Numbered from the stretch's first letter, positions 19,822 to 29,975 are shown. The stretch is DNA of 56,778 nucleotides from an uncultured Candidatus Actinomarina sp. (GCA_902566515.1 CACFIX010000006.1:1-56778), one strand, 5' to 3'. A program made the numbers and translations. Notes: a model not told the origin generated them from the sequence alone.

Positions 19822-20373
19822 ATGATAAGAATATTCGACTTTTTATTTTCTTTTTTTGGATTGTTGGTACTATCTCCTGTTCTTTTAATTTTATTTGTGA
19901 TTACTTATATTGACACTGGCTCACCATTGTTTCGCCAAGAAAGAATTGGTAGGTTTGAAGAGCCTTTTACTCTAATAAAATTTCGTACGATGCAGTTTGA
20001 TACGGCATCAGTTGCAAGCCACTTGGTCGATAAATCAGCGATAACACCTATTGGTTCATTCTTGCGTAAATCACACCTAGATGAACTTCCACAACTTTGG
20101 AATGTATTAAAAGGTAACATGAGTTTAGTTGGTCCTCGTCCAGCTTTGTTTAGCCAAGAAAAATTACGGGACGCAAGAAAAAAACACGACGTTTATAGAG
20201 TACGCCCAGGTATCACTGGGCTTTCACAGGTTAGTGGTCTTGACACTTCTACCCCCGAGCTTCTTGCTGAGACTGATGCAAAGATGATACAAAATTTATC
20301 TTTAATTGATTACTTTAAATTTATTATCGCAACTGCTAGTGGAAAAGGTGGGGGTGATGCAGCTCAGCGATAA
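19822..20373 (+). CDS. Priming sugar-phosphate transferase (bacterial sugar transferase family)
   Basis: KFRTM, LDELPQLWNVLKGNMSLVGPRP, RPGITGL; start taken at MIRIFD (19822) rather than 19798. Confidence 0.9.
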   Translation: MIRIFDFLFSFFGLLVLSPVLLILFVITYIDTGSPLFRQERIGRFEEPFTLIKFRTMQFDTASVASHLVDKSAITPIGSFLRKSHLDELPQLWNVLKGNMSLVGPRPALFSQEKLRDARKKHDVYRVRPGITGLSQVSGLDTSTPELLAETDAKMIQNLSLIDYFKFIIATASGKGGGDAAQR

Positions 20374-20377
20374 TTTT

Positions 20378-21841
20378 TTATTCATTAGGAAGTATTGACA
20401 TAAGCTCATCTTCAGAACTATTCATAATAAAATTTCTAAATTCTTTTTCATATGAAATATAGTCCTTTCCAAATGTATTTTGGAAATTTTCAGGAAATAA
20501 AATACCTGACTGTGAATTGATCCAAAAGTCATACATTGTTTGTTCTCCATGAATATTTGTTAAGTAAGCTATAAACCATGCACCAACTTGATAACCTACA
20601 GCCCAATCACTTTCCCATGTAACGTTATATAATTCAGGTCCATCTAAATATCGTTTTTTTATTGTTGGTTGATTATCTCCACAATAACAACTGAACAATC
20701 CACCATACATTTCATTTTCCAAATGAGAGAAATCATTTATGTCACGTGAGTAATAAAGATGTGAAAAATATGTGGCATATCCCTCCATCCAGAACGGTTT
20801 GTCCCTGTTGTCATCTCCTATTCTCTTTCCAGTAATTTTTTGTTGCAACTCATAGTCAAAATCTACAACGTTCGAAATCTGGAAGATATGATACATTTCA
20901 TGAATAGTTACATAGGCTTGTGATCTACTGTCCCAAGATAGATCAAATGATCCGCTAATAAAAAGGTAACAACATTCTCTGTTGCTTGGTGTACCGCTTA
21001 TAGATGAACCTGAGACTCTTCCACCATCTGTAAACAATCCGATACTTCCATCGGCTTTCTTATCTTGATACTCAGGGTTGCAACGGGTGTTATTAAATGT
21101 TGCTGGATATTTTTGATCTAAATACTGGCAATATTCTTCTTCTAAAGCAATTGCTGATGCATAATTTTCAGAATCAAGTTGTACAACCAGTATTGGATAT
21201 AAGTTTTCTCTTTTTACACGTATATCTATAAACAAAAGCTGTTCTGTATATTCAATATATTTTGTGAGAATATCAATGTGTTGATCTGAGATAGTTGATG
21301 CTTTAAAAACTTTTACATCTCTATAATCAAGATAGTTCACAGAAGATGGGATTGTTGTTCTTGATGTAGAACTAGATTGGCCAGTATCGCCAAATCTCTC
21401 TTGGTATTTCATTCCAACGGTTCCATACATCTGTGGTACATTTGCATACTCATTGTTTATGAATGTGAATAGATCTCTGTAATCTTCTGTGAAAGCTTCT
21501 GGATGATTCTGAAAGTAACTGTTTAAATCATTCATATATTGTTCAAGTTCATTGGCATAGCTAAAAACGAATTCTAAATTATCTCTATATTGACGAAGAC
21601 ATTCTTCTGATGTTGAGTCTATATCTTGAGCATCACTACATAATTCATAAACAAGTTTTGAATTATAGATATCAATAATATCAAAATTAATCGATGGTAT
21701 AGGTGGTATAGATTCCTCTTGATTAACTTCAGGTGTCGTATTTTGATTTTCATTTATGGTTGGTCGTAAAGATTCTTCTGGTGTCGATGATGTTCCGCCA
21801 CACATAAAAAATATCAATAACAAACACAGGTGTCTTTTCAT
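20378..21841 (-). CDS. Putative lipoprotein with gluzincin-like metallopeptidase motif
   Basis: Signal ending FMCGG; HEMYH (HExxH) with downstream WMEGYATY; C-terminal F..TFG. Confidence 0.7.
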   Translation of the reverse strand: MKRHLCLLLIFFMCGGTSSTPEESLRPTINENQNTTPEVNQEESIPPIPSINFDIIDIYNSKLVYELCSDAQDIDSTSEECLRQYRDNLEFVFSYANELEQYMNDLNSYFQNHPEAFTEDYRDLFTFINNEYANVPQMYGTVGMKYQERFGDTGQSSSTSRTTIPSSVNYLDYRDVKVFKASTISDQHIDILTKYIEYTEQLLFIDIRVKRENLYPILVVQLDSENYASAIALEEEYCQYLDQKYPATFNNTRCNPEYQDKKADGSIGLFTDGGRVSGSSISGTPSNRECCYLFISGSFDLSWDSRSQAYVTIHEMYHIFQISNVVDFDYELQQKITGKRIGDDNRDKPFWMEGYATYFSHLYYSRDINDFSHLENEMYGGLFSCYCGDNQPTIKKRYLDGPELYNVTWESDWAVGYQVGAWFIAYLTNIHGEQTMYDFWINSQSGILFPENFQNTFGKDYISYEKEFRNFIMNSSEDELMSILPNE

Positions 21842-21976
21842 TCATAATACCTATTGTTGTACAACAGCCACCTCACACAAAATATTACAATGACAATCGA
21901 AAATAGCATTGTAATGTTAGGAAATAAGTACAGAAGTGTTATAGATCCAATAATCGTTAAAAAAATTACCAACATT

Positions 21977-22642
21977 TTATGTTGTTCCTGGTTTATAAAA
22001 TACTTTATTCTTACCTTTAACCAAATGATACCTTTCCATCAAAGCTTTTTTATCTTGCTCTACAGAATTAGTTAAAGGCATTGCTTCCATCAATTCAAAT
22101 CTTCTATTCTCATAATCAATCTTTGTAGGTACCACGGTAGCATTCAAGGCTTTTCCAATATAGTGAAAACCACTTTTAATTGTCTGATTGGTTTTCATCT
22201 CTCCCTCAACTGTGAGATAGAGGATAAACTTCTCTTTTGACTCAAGCTGTTCAATTACTTGTTTAGTGACTCCGATTGATTTAGCCCGCCAAACCGGAAT
22301 TCCGCCAAATTCATGAAGGACTCTATTTTGAAATTTTCCAAAAGGATGTGGGATACCTAACTTATCTGGATTTTTTTTAAATGGTAGTGGTACGACAATT
22401 CGAGTGAACATTGAGACGGAACCAAGAAAATGAAATTTTAAATCTGTTGCCAAACAAACAAAATAGGCATATATAGCATCGAAGGTAGATGAGTGAGGAG
22501 CCGAAGCAATTATGATTCTTTTTTTATCAGGAAGATATCCGATTACATCCCAATTAATAACTTTTAAAACGAATCTTCCAAATGGCCCAAGAAATTTTCT
22601 TACTCTAATTGGATGATTTTCTGTCTTAATAATGTGTTCCAT
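21977..22642 (-). CDS. PlsC-like acyltransferase
   Basis: APHSSTFD (HX4D), GGIPV, EG, SGF. Confidence 0.8.
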   Translation of the reverse strand: MEHIIKTENHPIRVRKFLGPFGRFVLKVINWDVIGYLPDKKRIIIASAPHSSTFDAIYAYFVCLATDLKFHFLGSVSMFTRIVVPLPFKKNPDKLGIPHPFGKFQNRVLHEFGGIPVWRAKSIGVTKQVIEQLESKEKFILYLTVEGEMKTNQTIKSGFHYIGKALNATVVPTKIDYENRRFELMEAMPLTNSVEQDKKALMERYHLVKGKNKVFYKPGTT

Positions 22643-22651
22643 GTACTTATG

Positions 22652-23941
22652 CTAATTATTTGTTATCTCTTTTACCTGCCTTGAGAGATTTCTTAAATTT
22701 TTGTTATTGAAATTTAAAATCCATATTCCTACATACAATATTCCTACAATAAAAAATAGAAAAGCATAGCCTCTTCCGTGACCTAAACCAACAAACGGAG
22801 AGAGTAATTCAATATTTTTTGGATAAAAATCAAACTCTAAATAATCTCCCAGAGGACCTGCAATAATAACACCTAGTGGTCTTAGCATCTGGGCAATGGT
22901 ACCTCTTAATGCTAAAGCTCTTCCTCTGATATCTTCAGTAGTTATAGCTAGCCACGCGCCTGAAGAAACCGTATATTGGACTGTCCCACTAACACCGTTA
23001 ATAATCCCATGTATGCATAGAAGAATTATGCTTGGTCTAAGAGAACCTAAGATTAAGCTTATTCCACCTAAAAGACCCATATAAATCGCTACCTTTAAAT
23101 TTCCTTGAAGCTTGTCTGCGAATCGTAGGGAAATTATCGAACCTAGTAGAAAAGCTAGACCAATGCTTGATTCAACAATGCCTAGGCCTCTTGCGTCTGT
23201 GAAACTAAGTATCATAGGAGGGAGTAAAACCTGAGTAAATCCCCAGAGAAAGTTACAAATACCCAGAATAAGTACTAAAGAAAGTAGGCCTTTCTGTTTC
23301 TTCAGCCAGTTGTATGCTTCAATTAAATCAAAATAAACATTTTTAATACTTAAATCACTTTTTACATCAGTTTTGCTGCTTTTAAAAAAGGTAATGGTTG
23401 CAATTCCAAAAAAACAGGTAACTATATCTACAAGTATTACACCTGTTAATCCAAAAAATGAATAAATAAAAGCTCCGCCAATAGGGCCAATAAGAACTGA
23501 TATCGCTTCGGCACTTTCAAATAATGCTGAGACTTTTGTTACTTCATTTTTTTTGACGACGTCACCCAAAAAAGCACTCCAAGTAGTCCAGTGAGCAATT
23601 TCAAAAATACCAAACGCTAGGGCAAAGGGTATTAAAAGAGTTAGTGTCAACATATCATTTAATGCAAAATAACCAATTAAACACATCAATACTGCGATTG
23701 TTAAATCAAAAATAATTATTAATTTTTTTCTTGGAAATCTGTCAGCCAGTACCCCTCCAAATGGTCCAGTTACTACCCCGACTATTGCAACAATAAATAG
23801 AATTGTTGAAAGAGCGCTTGCTTTACCTGTTGTCTCGTAGATCCAAACTCCTATTGCAAAAAAAGACATAGCAGAGCCAGTCCAAGAAACTGTTTGTCCA
23901 AACCATAGAAGATATACTTTTTTGCTCATATTGACTTTCAA
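22652..23941 (-). CDS. MFS transporter (MefA/H+ antiporter-like)
   Basis: GQTVS..GS, GVLADRFPRK, RGRA; about 12 TM helices. Confidence 0.9.
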   Translation of the reverse strand: MKVNMSKKVYLLWFGQTVSWTGSAMSFFAIGVWIYETTGKASALSTILFIVAIVGVVTGPFGGVLADRFPRKKLIIIFDLTIAVLMCLIGYFALNDMLTLTLLIPFALAFGIFEIAHWTTWSAFLGDVVKKNEVTKVSALFESAEAISVLIGPIGGAFIYSFFGLTGVILVDIVTCFFGIATITFFKSSKTDVKSDLSIKNVYFDLIEAYNWLKKQKGLLSLVLILGICNFLWGFTQVLLPPMILSFTDARGLGIVESSIGLAFLLGSIISLRFADKLQGNLKVAIYMGLLGGISLILGSLRPSIILLCIHGIINGVSGTVQYTVSSGAWLAITTEDIRGRALALRGTIAQMLRPLGVIIAGPLGDYLEFDFYPKNIELLSPFVGLGHGRGYAFLFFIVGILYVGIWILNFNNKNLRNLSRQVKEITNN

Positions 23942-24005
23942 ATAGAGATGATAGTTCTATTTAATTACTAGGTAAGTTATCTTATTTTTTAAAGAACTAA
24001 TCTTG

Positions 24006-24368
24006 TTAGTAAATTAATACTCTGTCCGCTTCAAAAGTTAGTTCAACAAGTTTATTTGGGGTAGCAGGAATAAAGCCTAAAGATTCTAATTGTTCTATAG
24101 TTATTCCCCTTGCCTGTGCGGACTTACCAGAAGCATAAAGGCTTGCACCTTTTTGTTTCAATTCTTCTAAATGGTCAGATAACGTTCCAAGTCCAACGCC
24201 CTGCATTTCTTTTGTAGTTATGTCATGTAGTGAAGTTACTCCATCCCCAGCACAAAATATCGTCACTTCATTTCCATCTTCTATTGCAGATTTGGCTACT
24301 AAAAATCCTAATACTGAACGACTGGGGTTTTCTACTCCTGTAATAATATGTACTAGTAATTTCCCCAT
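24006..24368 (-). CDS. DsrE-family protein
   Basis: V.IF.AGDGV and SA.ARG motifs; the usual Cys position reads Ser. Confidence 0.8.
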   Translation of the reverse strand: MGKLLVHIITGVENPSRSVLGFLVAKSAIEDGNEVTIFCAGDGVTSLHDITTKEMQGVGLGTLSDHLEELKQKGASLYASGKSAQARGITIEQLESLGFIPATPNKLVELTFEADRVLIY

Positions 24369-24451
24369 GTAATAAATAATAAAAGATTATATTTTTGAAT
24401 ATGTTATTTTTAAAAATTAAGCTTAAGGATAGAGCAATAAAATTTTAAAAA

Positions 24452-25411
24452 ATGATTAGTAAAGAAGCACAAAAAAGTATTAAGACATACAAAAGAATTG
24501 CTTCTTTTTTTAGTTTTCTTTATAGAACCCCAAATGAAATGACAAGGGGCAGATTAGGTTTTGCAAGATGGTTTAATAATCTTGCTGGAACAATTAACCC
24601 TAAAATTAAAGATACAGTAAAAGAAGAGATTTTTTTTGGTGACATAAGAACATTTAAAGTCTCAACTCCTAACTCAAATCCTGAGAGAATACTTCTCTAC
24701 TTCCATGGTGGAGGCTATGCATTGGGAAGTCCAGAGTCTCATTATTCACTAGTTAGTTATCTTGCAGACATAACAAAAACAACAGTTTATGTACCCGACT
24801 ATAGGTTAGGTCCTGAGAATAAGTTTCCAGCACAATTAGAGGATGGTGTTAGTTGTTATGACTTTTTAATTAATAATTTAGGTTATTCGCCTGAACAAAT
24901 TGCTATTGCTGGTGATTCTGCTGGAGGTCATTTAGCACTCATTACACTATTGAAGCTTAAAGAAACAAACAAGCCTTTACCCTCTTGTTTAGCCCTCTTG
25001 TCACCTTGGACCGATCCAAATGGATCCGGTGATACTTATACATATGAAATGGCTGAAAGAGACGTACTGCTTGGCCCAATGTTTAAAAAAATCTGGGACA
25101 GTGGTGATAAGCTTTATAATTTTTATCTTAATGATGAAGATATGGACGAAAATAACCCCTATGTTGTTCCATATGTTGGTAACTATGAAGATTGTCCACC
25201 AATTATGATTCAAGTTGGCACTGAAGAATGTTTGCTTTCAGACTCTACAAGGTTAAGGGATAAATTAGAAATTGATGGGTGTGAACATGAATACTACGAA
25301 TGGGAAGGTATGTACCATGTATTTCACATTGATGTAAGAATGCCTGAAACAATTCAGGCTTTTAATCAAATTGGCGAATTTTTAAAAAAATATATTGGTA
25401 TAAAAATTTAA
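24452..25411 (+). CDS. Alpha/beta hydrolase (HSL-family esterase)
   Basis: HGGG, DYRL.PE, GDSAGG, SPW, H.F. Confidence 0.92.
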   Translation: MISKEAQKSIKTYKRIASFFSFLYRTPNEMTRGRLGFARWFNNLAGTINPKIKDTVKEEIFFGDIRTFKVSTPNSNPERILLYFHGGGYALGSPESHYSLVSYLADITKTTVYVPDYRLGPENKFPAQLEDGVSCYDFLINNLGYSPEQIAIAGDSAGGHLALITLLKLKETNKPLPSCLALLSPWTDPNGSGDTYTYEMAERDVLLGPMFKKIWDSGDKLYNFYLNDEDMDENNPYVVPYVGNYEDCPPIMIQVGTEECLLSDSTRLRDKLEIDGCEHEYYEWEGMYHVFHIDVRMPETIQAFNQIGEFLKKYIGIKI

Positions 25412-25419
25412 TTAACTCT

Positions 25420-26409
25420 ATGAACATTGCATTAATAACCGGGGGTTCGGGTCATGTCGGGGCAAATTTAGTAAGAGAGCTAACGAAACAAGATTTTAAA
25501 GTTAGATGTATAGATTTTGATGGGGACCATAGAGCATTTGAAGGGTACGATGTAGAACTAATCAAAGGAAACATTACAGATATTGAATCAATTGATAAAG
25601 CATTTGAGGATGTAGATGTTGTATTTCATACAGCTGCACTAATTAGCTTGGTGCGTAAGGATAAAGACATAATTCGATCTGTGAATGTAGCAGGAACAAA
25701 AAATGTCTGTGAATTATCTTTAAAGCATGGTGTTAAAAAATTAATACATTTTTCGTCTGTTGATGCATTTGTGAGAGAGCCGTTGGATGAAGCGCTTTTA
25801 GAAGACAGGCCCCTTGTTACAGATCCCAATGCTGTTCCATACGATTTATCAAAAGCTGATGCACAAAGAATTGTCTATGATTATTGTGAAAAAGGTCTCA
25901 ATGCCTCAATTATTCATCCTTCTGGAATATTTGGACCAAATGATTTTAAACCAAGTTTGTTTGGCCAAGAGTTCATAAATATTGCTAATGGAAAAAGATC
26001 TTATACGGTAAACATTGGTTATGACTATGTTGATGTTCGTGACCTTTGTGCAACTGCAATAAAGTGTATTGAGAAGGGCGAGCCTAAACAAAATTATATT
26101 GTCGGAGGAAATTATATTGATTTTGTTGGAATCGGCAAAGTAATGTCTGAAAAATTAAATAAACAATTGATAAAAGGTACGCTCCCTTTTTTCTTTGTTT
26201 ATTTATCCCTTCCTTCATCTTATCTACAGGCAGTTTTTTTCAACAAGCCTAGAAGTGCTACTCTTGATTCAATTCACACAGTAAAAGTCCAAAATAAACT
26301 TATTCCATGCAACCTTGCAAAAGAAACACTTGGGCACATACCAAGGCCTGTGGATGAAACAATAAACGATACTATAGAATTTTTTCAAGAAAGAGGTCTC
26401 ATAAACTAA
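25420..26409 (+). CDS. NAD-dependent epimerase/dehydratase (dihydroflavonol reductase-like)
   Basis: TGGSGHVG, HTAA, YDLSK, VDVRD. Confidence 0.88.
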   Translation: MNIALITGGSGHVGANLVRELTKQDFKVRCIDFDGDHRAFEGYDVELIKGNITDIESIDKAFEDVDVVFHTAALISLVRKDKDIIRSVNVAGTKNVCELSLKHGVKKLIHFSSVDAFVREPLDEALLEDRPLVTDPNAVPYDLSKADAQRIVYDYCEKGLNASIIHPSGIFGPNDFKPSLFGQEFINIANGKRSYTVNIGYDYVDVRDLCATAIKCIEKGEPKQNYIVGGNYIDFVGIGKVMSEKLNKQLIKGTLPFFFVYLSLPSSYLQAVFFNKPRSATLDSIHTVKVQNKLIPCNLAKETLGHIPRPVDETINDTIEFFQERGLIN

Positions 26410-26426
26410 GAATTGGGATTTACAAT

Positions 26427-27263
26427 ATGTCTGTGAATGATTTAGATGTGCTTAATATTGCAGGATATAAATTTGAACCATTAAACGATATTGAAGTTTT
26501 GGTTCCTGAGTTTCAATCAATTTGCGATGATTTGGATCTAAAAGGCTCAGTATATCTAAGTCCAAATGGCATAAACTTCTCTTTAGCTGGTAGTAAAGAA
26601 GCTGTTCAACAATATCTGTATTTCATGGAACAAGATAAAAGATTTTTAGATATTCCTCTAAAGAAAACTTATAGTGAGACTCAACCTTTTAGAAGAATGA
26701 AGGTTCGTCAAAAAAAAGAAATCATCTCATTAGGAAGAGATGATATTAATCCAAGAGAGTTAACTGGAGATTATGTCACTCCACAAGAACTTTATGCAAT
26801 GTATGAAAACAACGAAGATGTTATTGTCTTGGATACTCGTAATGAATATGAAACTCGTGTGGGTCTTTTTGAAAATGCTGTTGACCTTCAACTTGATACA
26901 TTTAGAGATTTTCCAGATGCAATAGAACAACTACCAGAAGAGTATAAAGATAAACAAATTGTTATGTACTGTACTGGTGGAATTAGATGTGAGAAAGCAT
27001 CTGCAATTATGCTCAAAGCTGGATTTTCTGATGTAAAACAACTTGAGGGTGGAGTACTTGACTACTTCAATAAGACAGATGGAAAATACTGGAACGGCGA
27101 CTGTTTTGTTTTTGATGAACGTGTTGCATTAGACACAGACCTCAACGAAACAGAATATATTTACTGTTATATATGTAGAGAGCCACTTTCAGCAGAAGAG
27201 AAAGCTTCTCCAGATTTTAGGATTAACGAGTACTGTCCGTATTGCGTCGATAAAATTGTCTGA
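26427..27263 (+). CDS. trhO: tRNA uridine(34) hydroxylase TrhO/YceA (rhodanese-related)
   Basis: GIN, KKEI, DTRNEYE, YCTGGIRCEK, G.CFVFDER. Confidence 0.9.
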   Translation: MSVNDLDVLNIAGYKFEPLNDIEVLVPEFQSICDDLDLKGSVYLSPNGINFSLAGSKEAVQQYLYFMEQDKRFLDIPLKKTYSETQPFRRMKVRQKKEIISLGRDDINPRELTGDYVTPQELYAMYENNEDVIVLDTRNEYETRVGLFENAVDLQLDTFRDFPDAIEQLPEEYKDKQIVMYCTGGIRCEKASAIMLKAGFSDVKQLEGGVLDYFNKTDGKYWNGDCFVFDERVALDTDLNETEYIYCYICREPLSAEEKASPDFRINEYCPYCVDKIV

Positions 27264-27320
27264 ATTGTCCTTTTTTCAAATTTGATTGAATTATTAAAAA
27301 ATTTTCATTAGGTTGTAATT

Positions 27321-28433
27321 ATGAAGGGTAAAACGCTAATTTTTGCCTTAACCTTCATTATTTGTGGAGGTACTAGTAGTTCGCCAACTACGACTCAACA
27401 AGATACTACAACTACGACTCAACAAGAAACTACAACTACGACTCAACAAGATACTACAACTACGACTCAACAAGATACTACAACTACGACTCAACAAGAA
27501 ACTACGACTACGACTAATACAGTAAATGTTGACCCAGTAAAATTTTGTGAAGAAAATCCTGATAATCCACAATGTCAAGGTTTTGACGCTGCAAAATTTT
27601 GTGAAGAAAATCCTGATCATCCACAATGTCAAGGTTTTGACCAAGCAAACCAAGGAAGTGGCGGAATGGGAAGTGGTGGATCACCGGCTAGTGATGACCC
27701 TCCTTTTTTGTATAATCTCTTAATTACAAATTGGGGACCATACGAACCTTCTACAGGTGTCTCTGGTGATTTTGAGTTTAAGTCAGAACTACAACTAGTA
27801 TTCTTTGATGAATTTGGAAGAGTCCACTCAGCAGGAACACCTGGCGAATATGATAATCCAACTTTTGAATACAAAGTTCCTAGAGATACACTTGTTCATA
27901 TTCCTATTAATGGAGTAATTGACTTTTTCCAATTCCAACCTACATCAAGCTATGTTCAGGACGATTGGGAGTTGATGATAAAACCAGCAAGAAACAGTGA
28001 CTGGGCGGTCGTCATAGACCATGTAGTGAGCCTAAGTTGTGATAGGACGAGTAGAGCGGTTTGCCAAAATCCTCTTACTGTAAATGGAGAGGAGATTTAC
28101 AGTGGAATGCAGGTTCAAGCTGGTGATGTTATAGGGTATGTAGGTAACTATGAAGATGGAGAAGGTGGAAGTGTATTTGGTCGAACTGAAATTTCAATTG
28201 GAAAATATGTAAGAGTAGGAAACCAACAGCAGGATTTTAATAATTTTTGCCCTACTAATTATCTCCACCCAAGTGTCAAAGATTCAATTCAAAATTCCGT
28301 GAATCAAATTATGGCTTCTTATGAGTCCTGGAGTGGAAATAGTAATTTTTATGATGAGTCGAATATGGTAGCTCCAGGTTGTTGGTATTCAGAAATTTAT
28401 GAGTCAAACGGAAAAACTACACCTAAAAAATAG
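27321..28433 (+). CDS. Putative lipoprotein: Thr/Gln repeats, Cys-paired repeats, degenerate M23-like domain
   Basis: Signal ending IICGG; (TTTTTQQD/E) repeats; 2x FCEENPDxPQCQGFD; PINGVI...DHV...VQAGDVIGYVG. Confidence 0.75.
   Translation: MKGKTLIFALTFIICGGTSSSPTTTQQDTTTTTQQETTTTTQQDTTTTTQQDTTTTTQQETTTTTNTVNVDPVKFCEENPDNPQCQGFDAAKFCEENPDHPQCQGFDQANQGSGGMGSGGSPASDDPPFLYNLLITNWGPYEPSTGVSGDFEFKSELQLVFFDEFGRVHSAGTPGEYDNPTFEYKVPRDTLVHIPINGVIDFFQFQPTSSYVQDDWELMIKPARNSDWAVVIDHVVSLSCDRTSRAVCQNPLTVNGEEIYSGMQVQAGDVIGYVGNYEDGEGGSVFGRTEISIGKYVRVGNQQQDFNNFCPTNYLHPSVKDSIQNSVNQIMASYESWSGNSNFYDESNMVAPGCWYSEIYESNGKTTPKK
27385..27516 (+). repeat. 24-bp coding tandem repeat, about 5.5 copies
   Basis: CAACTACGACTCAACAAGA(T/A)ACTA units. 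Confidence 0.95.
27539..27641 (+). repeat. 54-bp-period coding duplication, 2 copies
   Basis: AAAATTTTGTGAAGAAAATCCTGAT(A/C)ATCCACAATGTCAAGGTTTTGAC at 27539 and 27593. Confidence 0.95.
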
Positions 28434-28445
28434 TTATAAAATTAA

Positions 28446-28631
28446 TTAGTCGTCACCAAAGAACATTTGATTTCCACCATATGGGATTTCTTCATCCTTG
28501 GCATAAATTTCAACAAATCTTGTTCTGATTTCTTTTACCTTATCAATAATCCCTTTTTCCTTTAGATAGTTATAAGGTGCTCGAAATACTCGGTCTTCGA
28601 CTTCCAAAAATTTATTTATTTTGTCTTTCAT
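28446..28631 (-). CDS. Microprotein, paralog of 30497..30673
   Basis: Shares KFL..E.R.F.APY..L..KGI with the ORF at 30497. Confidence 0.7.
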   Translation of the reverse strand: MKDKINKFLEVEDRVFRAPYNYLKEKGIIDKVKEIRTRFVEIYAKDEEIPYGGNQMFFGDD

Positions 28632-28678
28632 AGTGTTATAAATTACAGTGTTTTCATATTTATCAGTAATTATGAGTG

Positions 28679-28742
28679 TTAAATTTTCGTTAACAAAGGT
28701 TTAACAACTAAATATGCAAGGTTTTAAGGGTTTTGATATTCT
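28679..28742 (+). promoter_or_regulatory. Promoter with 11-bp-period TTAACA direct repeats and an extended -10
   Basis: TTAACA at 28690 and 28701, weaker TTAAAT at 28679; TGaTATTCT with -10 at 28737, 30 nt after the last strong box. Confidence 0.55.
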
Positions 28743-28760
28743 AAAAAAAGGAGGTAAATT

Positions 28761-29111
28761 ATGGAATCAATAAGCGTTGTTGTTAGGAAATTTCCAGAAC
28801 ACAATGAAGAATTTATGCAGGCATGGAAAGATTCTTGGACAGAAGCAGATACGTCAGCTTTTACTGAATCTGGAGCTGTGAATTACTGGGCATATGATGA
28901 GACAGATGATGGAGTTACTTACATTATTGTCAATAAATGGCCATCACAGGAAGCAAGAGAAGGATTTGTTAATTCAGATGATGCAAAAACGATGGAGTCA
29001 GAAATAAACTCTCTTTTTGAAGAAAAAACTGGAGTTAGCACAGATGAAGCAGACAAAGATGTCATCTCAGAATCTATGTTTCTTGGTCTAGACGTGCAAT
29101 TTAGTTTGTAA
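28761..29111 (+). CDS. ABM-like (dimeric alpha-beta barrel) protein
   Basis: P..NEEF..AW and YIIVNKWPSQEAR..F pattern; strong RBS AGGAGG. Confidence 0.6.
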   Translation: MESISVVVRKFPEHNEEFMQAWKDSWTEADTSAFTESGAVNYWAYDETDDGVTYIIVNKWPSQEAREGFVNSDDAKTMESEINSLFEEKTGVSTDEADKDVISESMFLGLDVQFSL

Positions 29112-29113
29112 AA

Positions 29114-29656
29114 ATGAAAAAAATAATTTCGATTTTTACAGTATTTGTTTTATTTTCATTCTGCTCAAGTGGTCCGGAGGCAAGTATTGATATTTTTGAG
29201 GCGGCTAAAACGGGTAATGTTGATGAAATAAACTTACACATTGAAGGCGGTAGTAATCTCAATGAGAGAGCTGAGCTTAACAGTGACACACCTTTAATTT
29301 TTGCAACAATTTATGGGCAAAACGAGATAGTTGAACTTTTATCTCAACAGGAAAGTGTCAATCTTGATTCTCAAAACATTCAGGGTTTTACAGCTCTTTG
29401 TGTTGCTACTGTATGGGGGCAGATCGAGATTATTGAAACACTTCTTGCTGCGGGTGCAGATAAAAACATTAAATGTTTTGGAGATGAAAATAATAATGGT
29501 CCAAAAGTTGGTACCGCATTGATGGCAGCTCAAGCGTCTGTCAATCCTAGTATCGAAAAACAATACATCGATATTGCGGAGCAGTATGGACTTGAGTTTG
29601 ATTTAGATAAAATTATTGAAGGTAGAGCTAAAGCAGCAGAAGCCCTTCAAAAATAA
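29114..29656 (+). CDS. Exported ankyrin-repeat protein
   Basis: Signal peptide ending SFCSSG; TPLIFA..G..EIVELL, TALCVA..G and TALMAA repeats. Confidence 0.88.
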   Translation: MKKIISIFTVFVLFSFCSSGPEASIDIFEAAKTGNVDEINLHIEGGSNLNERAELNSDTPLIFATIYGQNEIVELLSQQESVNLDSQNIQGFTALCVATVWGQIEIIETLLAAGADKNIKCFGDENNNGPKVGTALMAAQASVNPSIEKQYIDIAEQYGLEFDLDKIIEGRAKAAEALQK

Positions 29657-29687
29657 CTTATACTGGAACTAATAGAAAGGATAAAGT

Positions 29688-29972
29688 ATGCCATTATTTC
29701 ATATAGAGCGAATTGCTCCTGGTTTGGGAAGTACTCCACCAGAGGAGCTTGAAAAGGGAGTTCAAAACTCAGAGTCTGTTTTGGTAGAGATGCGAAGTGA
29801 AGGAAAAAATATCAGACAGGTGCGCAGTTTTGCCAACATGGATGGTATTTTCTGTATTTATGAAGCTGACTCAGAAGATCTCATTAGAGAACATGCGGAG
29901 AGATCTGGTGGTACAGCAGATAAAATTACCGAAATAACTGGCGAAATTCAGCACGATACATCTGAGCAGTAA
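29688..29972 (+). CDS. DUF4242-family protein
   Basis: MP.F.IER..PG and FCIYEADSEDLIREHAERSG..AD.ITE. Confidence 0.85.
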   Translation: MPLFHIERIAPGLGSTPPEELEKGVQNSESVLVEMRSEGKNIRQVRSFANMDGIFCIYEADSEDLIREHAERSGGTADKITEITGEIQHDTSEQ

Positions 29973-29975
29973 AAT

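Noticed and set aside
27385-27641. Possible CRISPR array
   Set aside because: Units are contiguous, in-frame multiples of three, lack unique spacers, and no cas genes are present; these are coding repeats.
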